The notes below the pieces were generated by a model. That model was not told the DNA's origin. It worked only from the letters and a program-made list of their open reading frames with translations, and made no database searches. A stretch of DNA of 64,000 nt, taken from IMG/VR virus record IMGVR_UViG_3300044568_004364. One strand, written 5' to 3'. Shown one piece after another: positions 45,664 through 55,447 of the stretch. A program made the position numbers and the translations under genes. Position 1 is the stretch's first letter; each line of letters opens with the position of its first letter. The DNA is from a virus.

Positions 45664-45794
45664 GCGTGCATATTATACGATATATGCAAACGAGTAAAAT
45701 TATTGACTACTCATAAAAACCTCGTTTATGATGACACCTATTTGTGCTCGCTTGGGCGTTTCAGGTACTCCCTCGTCATGAACCTTGAATTACT

Positions 45795-45942
45795 ATTTAT
45801 ATATTGTTGAGATATTATATATACTTTTTTATGAAAGTAAATAACTTTTTTTCAACTTTTTTCTTGATCGGAACAGCTTCGATTTATTTACCGTTGCCGT
45901 TCGTTACGAGATTATTATACACTATTTTTTGCGCAATGTAAA
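45795..45942 (-). promoter_or_regulatory. Stacked promoters for the tRNA operon: two sigma70-type and one late
   Basis: TTTACA-N17-TATAAT (45914-45942), TTTACT-N16-TATAAT (45814-45841), TATAAATA near 45795. Confidence 0.75.
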
Positions 45943-45996
45943 TAACTTTATGCAAAAAAATGCATATTCCTATATTGTATATGGTGTAAAAGACGC

Positions 45997-46035
45997 AAAA
46001 AACCGCATCTAAGCACGCGGCCAGATGCGGTTTTT
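45997..46035. terminator. Bidirectional intrinsic terminator after the ClpP-like gene
   Basis: aaaaaaccgcatct...agatgcggtttttt. Confidence 0.8.
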
Positions 46036-46053
46036 ATGAAATATGAGATGACC

Positions 46054-46707
46054 TTATGAGTCTTTCTTAGATTTTTTGGCAGTCTTAGGAGTAGGCTGTG
46101 GTGCCGCTGAGGCAGCTTCTGCAGCCTCACGTGCTGCAGTGCGTGCCTCAAGACGTGTCATTACTTCGGCTGCAGTCATCCAAATGTCACGGTCTTCAAT
46201 CATATCTTTAATTTCAGCTTCACTCAAGAAGTCCGTATACATATCCTTAAAGAGACGTTCACTCCATCCACGCTCGTGAATTAAGCAGCTATACATCTCG
46301 CCACCTTTGCCCATTGTTTGTGAGCTATAGTTGTGAAACAAGAATACACTATGATCAGTAATCATATATTCATCTGCCATAAGGAAGATAAGAGTTGCTG
46401 CGCTCATGCATGCTCCTTCAACACTTGCAATGATATGCGCTTCCGTTTCAGATAGTGCTTGTAAGAATTGAATGGTTGTAAAGATGTTACCGCCTGGGCA
46501 ATTAATGTGAAGTTTAATTACATCAGTTGGGCGGCTATTACGTATATCATGAAACCAATCAACATATTCTGATGGGTCACCAATAGTATCACTAAGGTAA
46601 TATTCCTTTACTGCTCCATAGTCATTTGCATATGAATGCGTATTGTCAGGTTTGAATAGTTTGCCGAATAGTTCGGCGTTATTTTTATTTTTATTATTTT
46701 TATGCAT
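46054..46707 (-). CDS. ClpP-family serine protease
   Basis: LHINCPGG, VEGACMSAATLIF (Ser), FLFH (His), DRDIWMTA.E. Confidence 0.85.
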   Translation of the reverse strand: MHKNNKNKNNAELFGKLFKPDNTHSYANDYGAVKEYYLSDTIGDPSEYVDWFHDIRNSRPTDVIKLHINCPGGNIFTTIQFLQALSETEAHIIASVEGACMSAATLIFLMADEYMITDHSVFLFHNYSSQTMGKGGEMYSCLIHERGWSERLFKDMYTDFLSEAEIKDMIEDRDIWMTAAEVMTRLEARTAAREAAEAASAAPQPTPKTAKKSKKDS

Positions 46708-47401
46708 GTCCGAATAGTTTACTTTTATTGTATTCATTTATTGTATCTATCAACCCAGGAACCCAGGTGTCTCTCTTCTCAACAAAAACGAGAGGCTCTG
46801 TTGAATTTTCAACGGCCATAAGTATTACTAGTTGTGGCACAGGTATACCAGTGCGTTCTTCAAACATGATTGCATATGCTGCAGCCTGCATGAAATAGCT
46901 CTGTATATGATCACGTGTCTTTACACGAGAGCTTGTCTTAAAGTCAACAATACTATGTTTACCATTAAATTTTGCAACAAGATCCACACGACCTGCAACG
47001 CCAAGATGATTGCTATAAAGAGGACATTCTTGTAGCACAACTTCATCAATGTTTGCGTCAATGATAGTTTGTATTGCGCCAAACATACCCTTCACGTGAG
47101 GCATTTCTTGAGGATCAAAATAGTGCTCTTCATTATTAAGATAACGCTCTGCAATGGTATGCATTGCAGTACCACGTGTTGCAGCATGCCGCATAACACG
47201 ATTTGCTTCTTCTTCGCCTACACGTGCGCGCCATTCACGTATACCATCCTTGCTAAGTACACTTAATACTGTTGTAATGCTAGGATAACGACGTCCGTCT
47301 GGTGTAACATATTGGCGTCCAGTTTTTCCAGTGACTGCATCAAGATCGTCATAATCTAGCTTAACAGGAGTGTGCTTGAAACATTTGCGAGCTATCTTCA
47401 T
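46700..47401 (-). CDS. PD-(D/E)XK (Cas4/RecB-like) exonuclease
   Basis: YPSITTVL, RGTAMH, AGRVD, IVDFKTS, YFMQ..AYA.MFEE. Confidence 0.9.
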   Translation of the reverse strand: MKIARKCFKHTPVKLDYDDLDAVTGKTGRQYVTPDGRRYPSITTVLSVLSKDGIREWRARVGEEEANRVMRHAATRGTAMHTIAERYLNNEEHYFDPQEMPHVKGMFGAIQTIIDANIDEVVLQECPLYSNHLGVAGRVDLVAKFNGKHSIVDFKTSSRVKTRDHIQSYFMQAAAYAIMFEERTGIPVPQLVILMAVENSTEPLVFVEKRDTWVPGLIDTINEYNKSKLFGHA

Positions 47402-47550
47402 TTTAAATAGTCCCATTCAGTAAAGATATTACGGTGTGTTTCTTTGTTTTTGCGTGCATCTTCAAAGCGGCTATTCTTTTGCTTATATTTACGCGCACCT
47501 TCATCTACATTACGTTTATTACGATCTCGATTTTTTTTACCTTTTTTCAT
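47398..47550 (-). CDS. 50-aa basic hypothetical protein
   Basis: MKKGKKNRDRNKRNVDEG...FTEWDYLK*; ATGA-coupled to the exonuclease. Confidence 0.55.
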   Translation of the reverse strand: MKKGKKNRDRNKRNVDEGARKYKQKNSRFEDARKNKETHRNIFTEWDYLK

Positions 47551-47558
47551 AAGTACTT

Positions 47559-47816
47559 TTATCGTGTTTCAATTTTACTTTGTCTTCCGCTACTCTTCTT
47601 AACCTTATTTAATACATCATTCCATCCGCTCCCTGCGCGTTGCAATACAGTCAACCCACCAGCATATGAAAGCGCCGGTGCGGCTATAGTTCGCATTACA
47701 CAATCGACGCATTTGCAATGTGGACAAGAATCTGCGCACGGCGCGTCACGAGAATCCAAAGGTAGCCTTAGATCCCATACGGCGGCACAACTCTTGCAGT
47801 TATATGAATATGTCAT
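47559..47816 (-). CDS. FmdB-like zinc-ribbon protein
   Basis: Y.YNCKSC...CPHC...GWNDVLNKVKK. Confidence 0.75.
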   Translation of the reverse strand: MTYSYNCKSCAAVWDLRLPLDSRDAPCADSCPHCKCVDCVMRTIAAPALSYAGGLTVLQRAGSGWNDVLNKVKKSSGRQSKIETR

Positions 47817-47819
47817 ATT

Positions 47820-48263
47820 TTAAATTCCTAGGTCCGTGAATGCCTTTTTAACCAATGAAGGCGTAAGCGTCGAATATTTTTTAGTCAACGCTTTATCTTT
47901 CATAGCAATAAAAATCTCAGCATCCTTTTCACATACCTCTTCAAGCAGACGAATAAAGGACATCTCCTTTTTCATTTTAGGCCAACGTGGATTTCCTACA
48001 AGTAGTAATGGCAGCATATTAACATGTTTTTTCATTGACATGTGCATCATACCAGCTGGCGATGGATTAACCGTATATGGAGGAGCGCCTGCCGGCAAGT
48101 CAAAAACAATATCAGCTCTAAAGGCTGCTTGTAAGATTGTTTTTAATTCATAACTCTCATTCTCTTGTAGCAGCGCAATTCTATCTGCCTGTTTATCAGC
48201 AGTCTGCACGGCTTCAAATACCTCAAACGGTAATTTATTTACATTATTTTTTGCTGTTTTCAT
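47820..48263 (-). CDS. Conserved T4-like phage hypothetical protein
   Basis: FDLP.GAPPY, KKEM.FI.LLE, VKKAF motifs; usual neighbour of RNase H. Confidence 0.75.
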   Translation of the reverse strand: MKTAKNNVNKLPFEVFEAVQTADKQADRIALLQENESYELKTILQAAFRADIVFDLPAGAPPYTVNPSPAGMMHMSMKKHVNMLPLLLVGNPRWPKMKKEMSFIRLLEEVCEKDAEIFIAMKDKALTKKYSTLTPSLVKKAFTDLGI

Positions 48264-48274
48264 AATCTACATTC

Positions 48275-49144
48275 TTATTTATATGTGAAAAATTCTTCGG
48301 CACAATCTACCAACATATTACATCTTTTGGAGATAAGATAATTTAATACCTTACTGTTGGATTTTGCTGGTGCCGCGGCATAAGCTTCATTGATTTTTTG
48401 TACCACTTCATCAGGTATACACGATAAGTCAATGACACGTGAATTGCGAGAATAGTTACGATAGACGTCATCTGGCATAACGTCCCTAAGGTTGCCTTTT
48501 TTCAGTGCAGCATACCATTCATCAATCTTCTTAGCGCTTAATGGTTTTTGACGTCCACCGTCAACAAACACGCGATCTTCAGAGAGTACATTTGGTACAC
48601 CATCTCCGCTGTCCCCACGGAAGATATGTTCACATAGGTAACGATGTGGATTTGAGTCTGTAATTAGTTTTTTAGTCATTGGACTAAATTGAGTTACATT
48701 ATCATACTTTTGCAGCTGGATAAAATCTTTATCAGCGCTAATGATCATGACTGGTTCATAAGAACCAAACTCTTGTGTATTTTCAACAAGTGTTGCAATA
48801 ACATCATCGGCTTCTGCGTGTGGTGCACCAACAACACTATATGGCATATGCTCTATAATCTCATCACGTACTGTATTAATAATGCCAAAGATCATATCCC
48901 AATCTAATGGAGATGAGTCTCTATTCTTTTTGCGTGATGCCTTATATTCAGGATAATATTTTTTGCGCCAACTTCCACTGTCAACAGCGAGAATCATGCG
49001 TCCATACTTATCACGGTATTTGACATTATACATTCTCAAGCTATTGAGAATAATATGACGCATAAAATCTTCAGTAATATTTCCCCGCGCTGATTGAGAG
49101 AAGATTCCCGCAATAGCAATTCCGCTATAGTCTACAATTTGCAT
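48275..49144 (-). CDS. rnh: T4-type RNase H (5'-3' exonuclease)
   Basis: WRK.YYPEYKASRK, EADDVIA, SADKDFIQLQ, GDSGDGVPNVLS. Confidence 0.95.
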   Translation of the reverse strand: MQIVDYSGIAIAGIFSQSARGNITEDFMRHIILNSLRMYNVKYRDKYGRMILAVDSGSWRKKYYPEYKASRKKNRDSSPLDWDMIFGIINTVRDEIIEHMPYSVVGAPHAEADDVIATLVENTQEFGSYEPVMIISADKDFIQLQKYDNVTQFSPMTKKLITDSNPHRYLCEHIFRGDSGDGVPNVLSEDRVFVDGGRQKPLSAKKIDEWYAALKKGNLRDVMPDDVYRNYSRNSRVIDLSCIPDEVVQKINEAYAAAPAKSNSKVLNYLISKRCNMLVDCAEEFFTYK

Positions 49145-49151
49145 ACGGTTT

Positions 49152-49180
49152 ATTATATACTAATTTGCCTAGTTTGTAAA
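49152..49180 (-). promoter_or_regulatory. Sigma70-type promoter, 7 nt upstream of the rnh ATG
   Basis: TTTACA-N17-TATAAT. Confidence 0.75.
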
Positions 49181-49615
49181 TCATTTTTTCCATAAATTTT
49201 TCACATGAGCGCTGTGTATTTTCACACCGATAAACTCATTGTAATAATCATCTGTCAATAGCACTTCTTTAGTGAATTGCCACTTTGCTTCAATATAAGA
49301 TAGTTCACCTTTTGCTTTACAAAACTCAAGTATTTCACGCCGAAAATCAGCTGGACGTTCATCAACCAAAAGCTTAACTTTTTCACTGCTGCCATAGTAC
49401 TTTGCCCAATCACTTTGAATAATGTCAATACGCTTTCGTTTTTGGCCTTTCAGCGGTGGACGTTTTCTTTTTGTAATTAACAGCTTTTTGCCGATATACT
49501 TTTTGCCGTTTAATACATCTGTAATTTCATAGATGAATCCAATGCAGCCTTCTGCAATTTTTAGTTCGGCATCTTCTTTAGTAAAAGTGTTATTTTGATA
49601 CGTCCATGGACTCAT
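49181..49615 (-). CDS. GIY-YIG nuclease (T4 endonuclease II-like)
   Basis: GFIYEIT...KKYIGKK...SDW.KYYGSS...F.REIL...YYN..I. Confidence 0.85.
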   Translation of the reverse strand: MSPWTYQNNTFTKEDAELKIAEGCIGFIYEITDVLNGKKYIGKKLLITKRKRPPLKGQKRKRIDIIQSDWAKYYGSSEKVKLLVDERPADFRREILEFCKAKGELSYIEAKWQFTKEVLLTDDYYNEFIGVKIHSAHVKNLWKK

Positions 49616-49624
49616 ACGATTTAT

Positions 49625-49822
49625 TTATTCATCGTCTTCTGAGTCGCCTTCGGTGCCATACAAATGGTGTGTACCACAAAACGGGCAAAACTCTGGATAT
49701 AATTCATCGCGTTCTAGGTCGCCAAAATCGTCTTCATCGTCACAATAGTATTTGTCGTCATCATCGTCCCAAATAACTTCATATACATACTTGCATTTTG
49801 GGCATCTATTATTTTCGTTCAT
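49625..49822 (-). CDS. Small acidic zinc-ribbon protein
   Basis: CPKC ... FCPFCG. Confidence 0.7.
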   Translation of the reverse strand: MNENNRCPKCKYVYEVIWDDDDDKYYCDDEDDFGDLERDELYPEFCPFCGTHHLYGTEGDSEDDE

Positions 49823-49827
49823 TGTCT

Positions 49828-51480
49828 TTATGCTTCACATGTAGTGCAGGTTGTAATTGAACGTGCAAGTTCTTGTGAAGGATTTGTACCACGTTGATAA
49901 TACAAGCTCTTAATGCCGTTCTCCCAGGCAAAGATCATAAGTTCATTTACAAGCTTTGGCTTTGCATCAGATGAAATCATGATGTTTAAACTCTGCCCTT
50001 GGTCAATGTATGGTTGGCGTTGTGCAGCTTGAATAATAATATCCTTCTGAGAAATTTCGCCAAACGTTTTAAATACAGCGCGCTCTTCAGGAGTTAGTGT
50101 TGTTAAGTGTTGCACGCTGCCACCATGAACAAGTATATCTTTCCAAACATCAGATTTATCCAATCCTTTGCGCTGCAGCAATGTTTTAAGATAAGGATTC
50201 TTAAATGTGAATTTACCTTTGGCAAGATCCTTAACAAAGTAATTACTATTAAGCGGCTCAATACTTGGACTTACTTGTCCTAAGATAAAGCTGCTGCTTG
50301 TTGTAGGTGCAACCGCCAGTGTTGTTGTATTACGGCGCCCATAACCAACAAGCAACTCAGGCTCTCCATATAGTGTGGCAAGTTCCGTTGTTGCTGCATC
50401 GGCGTCTTCACGTATCTTACTCCAAATTTGAATGTTACGTGCTTGTGCTTCAATACTCTCAAATGCAACATCATTCTTTTGTAGGTAATTATGCCAACCT
50501 AGTACTCCTACGCCCAATGCACGTTGGCGTATTGCAAAATTACGTGGCGCGCTCATGTGAGCCATACCTTCGGTCTTGTCTATAAATTCCGTCATAACGG
50601 CATCCAAGAAATATACGAGTGTTTGTATGGCATCTGTCTGCGCAAGTTCGTCCCACAGCTCAAGGTTGAGGCTGCTAAGATTGCATACAAAACTTTCGTC
50701 GGCCGTTGTGCTTAGGAAAATTTCACTGCATAAGTTACTGGCATGAATAGTTTTACCTTTATCCTTATAAACCTGCGGTGCAGCATTGTTTGCGTTATCA
50801 CTAAAGAAAATGTATGGATATCCACTCTCAAATCGTTTCTTGATAACCTTGCCCCATACCGAACGTTTTTCTTTATCGCCCGCCTTCATTAAATTCATCC
50901 ATTCATCACTAACAGTAACGCCAATACTCATATTTTGTATCTTATGGCCTTCACCTCGAATTTTTAAAAATTCTTCAATATCTGGATGATCAATTGGTAG
51001 GTATGCCGCAAAGGAGCCACGTCGTACATTGCCTTGCGAGACAACATCCATAAGTCCTTCATACAGCTCCATAAAATGGACTGCACCAGTACTTGTTCCT
51101 CCGCTGTTAATAGGTGCGCCGCGTCCACGTACATCACCAAAGTATGCGCTTGTTCCTCCGCCATGCTTTGTCATCATTGCAATCTCAGCATATTTACTGC
51201 CAGCAATTTCTTCAAGCGAATCGCTAATATAACTGCCAAAGCAACTAATAGGTAACCCGCGCTTACGTCCAAAGTTGCTCCAGATTGGGCTGCTTAAAGA
51301 ATAATAACCAGCATGTAAGTAACCTAAAAATTTTGAGCCAAAGCCTTTAAGATTTAATAATTTCTCTGCATGCGCCGCAATATCAGCCATGCGCGCCTCA
51401 GGCGTTTCGCCTTCTACCAAATAGCCACGTTCAAGGAATTTTCTTGAATCGGCATTCAACCAATGTATTTGTTCATTCAT
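49828..51480 (-). CDS. nrdA: Class I ribonucleotide reductase alpha subunit (short, no ATP-cone)
   Basis: ISCF, SNLCSEI, APTTSSS, DQGQSLN, KSLYYQR, C-terminal CTTCEA. Confidence 0.95.
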   Translation of the reverse strand: MNEQIHWLNADSRKFLERGYLVEGETPEARMADIAAHAEKLLNLKGFGSKFLGYLHAGYYSLSSPIWSNFGRKRGLPISCFGSYISDSLEEIAGSKYAEIAMMTKHGGGTSAYFGDVRGRGAPINSGGTSTGAVHFMELYEGLMDVVSQGNVRRGSFAAYLPIDHPDIEEFLKIRGEGHKIQNMSIGVTVSDEWMNLMKAGDKEKRSVWGKVIKKRFESGYPYIFFSDNANNAAPQVYKDKGKTIHASNLCSEIFLSTTADESFVCNLSSLNLELWDELAQTDAIQTLVYFLDAVMTEFIDKTEGMAHMSAPRNFAIRQRALGVGVLGWHNYLQKNDVAFESIEAQARNIQIWSKIREDADAATTELATLYGEPELLVGYGRRNTTTLAVAPTTSSSFILGQVSPSIEPLNSNYFVKDLAKGKFTFKNPYLKTLLQRKGLDKSDVWKDILVHGGSVQHLTTLTPEERAVFKTFGEISQKDIIIQAAQRQPYIDQGQSLNIMISSDAKPKLVNELMIFAWENGIKSLYYQRGTNPSQELARSITTCTTCEA

Positions 51481-51500
51481 AATCTAAATTTATATATCGC

Positions 51501-52505
51501 TTAAAACAAATCAAACAAATCGTCTTCGCTAAAGCTTTGGCCTTTTTTGCTATATTCCGTTGGGCGGCTATGGAAAAAGTCGGTCATGTTATTACCATGC
51601 AACTGCTCGTCAAACCAAAGAGTATCTTTTAGCAGTGTCTCATCGCATGTGAAAGGTTGTGCAAATCCAATTGCAACCATGCTTTCATTTATACGACTCT
51701 TGATAAACTCTTTAAGAATTGGTGCACTTAGTCCGTGTTCGTTTACGCCGTTAACCATCCAATCAACAATCTTGCTCTCAGCTTTAAATGCCTCGATTGC
51801 TTCACTTGCAATGCGCTCTTCAAGTTCAGCGTCAAAGAGTTCAGGATGCTCTTCACGTATGGTATTAATAATCTTAATACCAACAAGTGCATGAATATTT
51901 TCTTCATTGCGAGTATACTTAACTTGTTGGTCAGTATCTTTAAGCACATTCTTAAATGTAGCAAACCAATTAATTACATAAAATTGGCTAAAGAGACTTA
52001 CGTTTTCAACAAATAGAGTAAACAAGATAAGAGCATATAGGTATTGCTTTTTGCTATCCTTATAAAAACGGTGTGTATATTTCTTAAGATACTTAACTCG
52101 TCCTTGAATCCATTCCAGCTTGAGGTTCTCTTCAAAGATATCTTCAAGTTCAAGAACAGATAGCAACCGCTCATATGCGCTGTTATGAATAACTTCAATG
52201 TTGGCCATTACATAACCCAAGTCTTGTAGTGCAGGATGCGGCAAGTTTTCTCCAAGTTTTGCCCAGAATGTTTTTACCGCAACTTCAATTTGACCAACAG
52301 CACTCAATGTGCGTACAATAATCTCACGATATTGATCTGTTAATACGGTCTTGAATTGATGAACATCTGCACTAAAGTTAAATTCTTTATCTGTCCAAAA
52401 ACCATTATGCATGGCCTCAATGAATTGTTCAGTCCATGGATAATGGTTTGGTTTTCGTGAAATTTGTTCTTCAAAAATGCTGTGTTGTTTTGTCTCGTTA
52501 TTCAT
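51501..52505 (-). CDS. nrdB: Class I ribonucleotide reductase beta subunit
   Basis: FW, EVIH..AY, ENVSLFSQF, EENIH, DFF..RPTEY. Confidence 0.95.
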   Translation of the reverse strand: MNNETKQHSIFEEQISRKPNHYPWTEQFIEAMHNGFWTDKEFNFSADVHQFKTVLTDQYREIIVRTLSAVGQIEVAVKTFWAKLGENLPHPALQDLGYVMANIEVIHNSAYERLLSVLELEDIFEENLKLEWIQGRVKYLKKYTHRFYKDSKKQYLYALILFTLFVENVSLFSQFYVINWFATFKNVLKDTDQQVKYTRNEENIHALVGIKIINTIREEHPELFDAELEERIASEAIEAFKAESKIVDWMVNGVNEHGLSAPILKEFIKSRINESMVAIGFAQPFTCDETLLKDTLWFDEQLHGNNMTDFFHSRPTEYSKKGQSFSEDDLFDLF

Positions 52506-52529
52506 AAATCGTAAAGCGTGTATACTATT

Positions 52530-52557
52530 ATTATATACTAATAAAGTAAAATGTAAA
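52530..52557 (-). promoter_or_regulatory. Sigma70-type promoter for nrdB
   Basis: TTTACA-N16-TATAAT. Confidence 0.65.
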
Positions 52558-52562
52558 CAAGA

Positions 52563-52856
52563 TTATTTACGATTTTCATTCATAGCCCGACGGCGTATGC
52601 TACGCAATGCGCCATTATTTGAATCTCTCAAAATGACGGTATGTTTTGGATTTTTCTTTGCGTAATTATACAAGCTCTGTTGCTCGTCATCAGCCAAGTC
52701 TAGGTATTTACCCCAGCGCTCAAACTTATTACGACCTGTTTCGAAGCGTCGGAATATTTCAGATGGTACATTAAACAAGCGCCATGTAGCGCCTGTCTTT
52801 GGGTAATCTGATGGTGGCATCGCTACCGATGCGGTTGTCGTGTCTTCAGTTTTCAT
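52563..52856 (-). CDS. Conserved phage hypothetical protein
   Basis: F.RF..GR.KFERW.KYL...YAKKNP...IL.DS..GA. Confidence 0.7.
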   Translation of the reverse strand: MKTEDTTTASVAMPPSDYPKTGATWRLFNVPSEIFRRFETGRNKFERWGKYLDLADDEQQSLYNYAKKNPKHTVILRDSNNGALRSIRRRAMNENRK

Positions 52857-53437
52857 TGAACAATATCATGTTGAGTAATTAGGATCCGTTGATGTGTTTT
52901 ATTGTGTGTTGCTGTATATACAGGTACGCCAAAAATAGTTCCGCATGGTGCAACATTTTCACTTATTGTTACCAGTGACTTTTTAAGAGCTAGGACTTCG
53001 CCTGTAAGTGGCAGCGCAACGTCATGACGTAATGTATAGCGCCCTGCACGTAAATGTTGATCTTCTGTCAGGTACCAACGTGATTCATTTAACGGCGCAG
53101 TATTGATATCAAATCCAGTAACTTCTAAAAGCGCCTTTGATAGCGCTTCATCCGATAATCCTGTCTTTTCTTTAATAAGATATAATGCAGCTAGGTATGA
53201 TGCAATTGTTGTTTTGCCAAAAGGTAGCTTATTTAGTAAGCGCTTAACATTAAATACAAGCTTATGAAATACATTATATTTACTGCGCTCTTCACTCGTT
53301 TCAGCCTTGCGTAATATATTACCTTGTGCATCTATCAATCCCAACTTATATGCACCCATTTTTTGCCATGGTGTAGTAAGCAAACGAAGAAATCGAAATG
53401 CATAAAATGTATCGGCGGCGCGTGTGAATAGTCCCAT
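52853..53437 (-). CDS. Conserved T4-like phage hypothetical protein
   Basis: YAFRFLRLL.TPW....AYKLGLID..G...FHKLVFNVKRLL...SY.AALYLIKE. Confidence 0.75.
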   Translation of the reverse strand: MGLFTRAADTFYAFRFLRLLTTPWQKMGAYKLGLIDAQGNILRKAETSEERSKYNVFHKLVFNVKRLLNKLPFGKTTIASYLAALYLIKEKTGLSDEALSKALLEVTGFDINTAPLNESRWYLTEDQHLRAGRYTLRHDVALPLTGEVLALKKSLVTISENVAPCGTIFGVPVYTATHNKTHQRILITQHDIVQ

Positions 53438-53441
53438 AAGT

Positions 53442-53810
53442 TTAGAGTGTTTGTAATTTCTTTACGATCAATAGATCAATAGGTATATTTATATATTCTC
53501 CTTTTGGAATGTAATTTAGGTAGAGTAGGAATGTTTTTAGTGCAGGCCAACATTCTTCATCAATACGATAAAAGCACATGCGTGTTGCAGCTTCAGGATA
53601 AAACATATTATAAAATATGATAAGGTGATTAAGTATGAGCCGCTCTTGTAGTATGTCTTTTTCAGTATATCGCCTTAGTAACTTACGTGCATACTTTAAA
53701 TGTGCGAGGTCAGCACTAAATTCGTCAAAGTCCAAACACTTTGGATTATTATAATGCTTAGCTGCATAAAGCATAAAGTTCTTATCATTCAAATCCGTCA
53801 ATAGATTCAT
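53442..53810 (-). CDS. Conserved T4-like phage hypothetical protein
   Basis: NFMLYAAKHYNNP.C...EF..DL...ERLILNHLII.YN.F...LKTFL.YLN. Confidence 0.8.
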   Translation of the reverse strand: MNLLTDLNDKNFMLYAAKHYNNPKCLDFDEFSADLAHLKYARKLLRRYTEKDILQERLILNHLIIFYNMFYPEAATRMCFYRIDEECWPALKTFLLYLNYIPKGEYINIPIDLLIVKKLQTL

Positions 53811-53829
53811 ATTATAATTTATATGAATC

Positions 53830-54144
53830 TTATTGTGCCAGTAGGTCTGTCACCGATTTGCCTTTTTCCCAGAACTTGCAGCTCCAATAGCGTGCTTTCC
53901 ATTTTGGTCCTGGGGCATCATCGCAGCTATGACGTGCGCGGAAGTTTTTAAGACGTGCAGGATCATCACGTTTAATTTCCATATTAGGATCACCAAATCC
54001 AAGCTTGATTACATTGCCTTTATCATTGCGAACATATACATAAAATTTATGCTTATTGTCGTCGCTACGAAACGGCGCATTAAGTGTTACCTTACGCCCA
54101 TCGTATTCAGCCTCTTCGGAGATATATTCTTTAAAGCGCATCAT
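53830..54144 (-). CDS. Conserved hypothetical protein with capsid-targeting-like N-terminus
   Basis: MMRFKEYISEEAEY.GRKV.LN.PF...FGDPNM.IK...FRARH.C....KARYWSC. Confidence 0.75.
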   Translation of the reverse strand: MMRFKEYISEEAEYDGRKVTLNAPFRSDDNKHKFYVYVRNDKGNVIKLGFGDPNMEIKRDDPARLKNFRARHSCDDAPGPKWKARYWSCKFWEKGKSVTDLLAQ

Positions 54145-55412
54145 ATAATTTGATACCAGTTTAGCAGTGCATTAAATGTAGAATTGGTTGCATCCGCAGC
54201 TATTGCTAATGTGTATACATCAGAAACACCTGCTTGAGTTCGACCTAATTGTAAAAATAAACTTCCCAAATTATCCAATTCTACTGATTCGCTGGCATTT
54301 GTAAGGAATCCGGATTTTACTATGGTTCCACCAGTCATAATTGAATCACTTATTGCAAATTCGGTAGTGACGCAATCTGGGTGAACAGTCCATGTAGGAG
54401 ATGTTGTAAAGGTTGCATTTTTTATTAGAGCCCATTGATATTTTTTATTTTGTTCAATAACAATAGAAACACCAGTAGGAATAATTATACCATCTAACTT
54501 AGACGATGATAAGCGAATTGATACAGCATTAAAGAATTTTCCTCGATCAGCAGTTGTCGCATTGGTTTGCCGTGTGACAAATACTGATGCCGACGATGCC
54601 TGACAATATGTAATTGATTCTGGGTTATAGCCACCCTCTGAAATAGCAGTGCTGCATATTTGTTTAAGTGTTCCACTAGCAGATCCTAAATTTTCAATTT
54701 CATATCGTATTGGCAGACATGCAGTTGTCATGTATGTCGTGGTGCGAACATTATCATTATGAAATACATGAGCGACAACAGGTTTACCGTGTACAATAAA
54801 TCCACAACGAACGTCGCCTACACCAAGCCATTCAATGTCAATCCAAAAAATATTAGACTTTGTAACGTCGAGTGTCACGTCTGAATAACCAGATCCATTA
54901 AATTTATCGCCGATCCATTCGCTTTGAGGTACACGAATTGTTGTACCTAAGCTTTGACTGCGAAGCACAAGGAAGTTTCCAGTGCCATCATTTTCTAAAT
55001 ATATTCCATTGTCATTACCAAAATAACCAACTCTTTGGCGTAGCCCAGTGACTGGAGTTGCCATAACAAAGGTTGACATAATGAGCAAACTTTTCCCAGG
55101 TTGATATGGCATTACCCGCTTTGACTCGCGAATGACCTTGCTGCCAGTTGTTGTTGTAACTGACATATTGATTGCACTCTCCGCAGAGACATGAGTGGTG
55201 CTTCCGCCAGACGCAGTTACAGTACTCCATTTATCATTTTCGGTATAACGATGTTGGCTTTCAAATAGCGTGAATGGTTCAGACACACGTAAACGTCCAA
55301 ATGCATCTACAAGAGCGCCACCTGGTGTAATTTGGTCTGATAGCATATTTACCTCGTAACGTGCACCTTGCCGCGTTAGAGTGTTAGTACTTGATATGTA
55401 TTGTGTAGGCAT
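54141..55412 (-). CDS. Hypothetical beta-rich (probably structural) protein
   Basis: DAFGRLRVSEPFTLF, YQPGKS, DIEWLGVG.VR.GF, LPIRYEI, IC.T.ISEGG. Confidence 0.7.
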   Translation of the reverse strand: MPTQYISSTNTLTRQGARYEVNMLSDQITPGGALVDAFGRLRVSEPFTLFESQHRYTENDKWSTVTASGGSTTHVSAESAINMSVTTTTGSKVIRESKRVMPYQPGKSLLIMSTFVMATPVTGLRQRVGYFGNDNGIYLENDGTGNFLVLRSQSLGTTIRVPQSEWIGDKFNGSGYSDVTLDVTKSNIFWIDIEWLGVGDVRCGFIVHGKPVVAHVFHNDNVRTTTYMTTACLPIRYEIENLGSASGTLKQICSTAISEGGYNPESITYCQASSASVFVTRQTNATTADRGKFFNAVSIRLSSSKLDGIIIPTGVSIVIEQNKKYQWALIKNATFTTSPTWTVHPDCVTTEFAISDSIMTGGTIVKSGFLTNASESVELDNLGSLFLQLGRTQAGVSDVYTLAIAADATNSTFNALLNWYQII

Positions 55413-55419
55413 TTTTTTA

Positions 55420-55447
55420 TTTACATTTTAAAATTATGTGGTATAAT
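55420..55447 (+). promoter_or_regulatory. Sigma70-type promoter oriented antisense to the surrounding genes
   Basis: TTTACA-N16-TATAAT with extended -10 TG, same consensus as the minus-strand early promoters. Confidence 0.6.

Noticed and set aside
39456-45810. Short ORF-track entries overlapping tRNA and tmRNA genes
   Set aside because: They are translations of RNA genes; the extended N-termini of the 41425 and 42343 ORFs were trimmed for the same reason.
46700-47401. Cas4-like nuclease as evidence of a CRISPR-Cas system
   Set aside because: This is the usual stand-alone exonuclease of T4-like phages; no cas genes or array are present.
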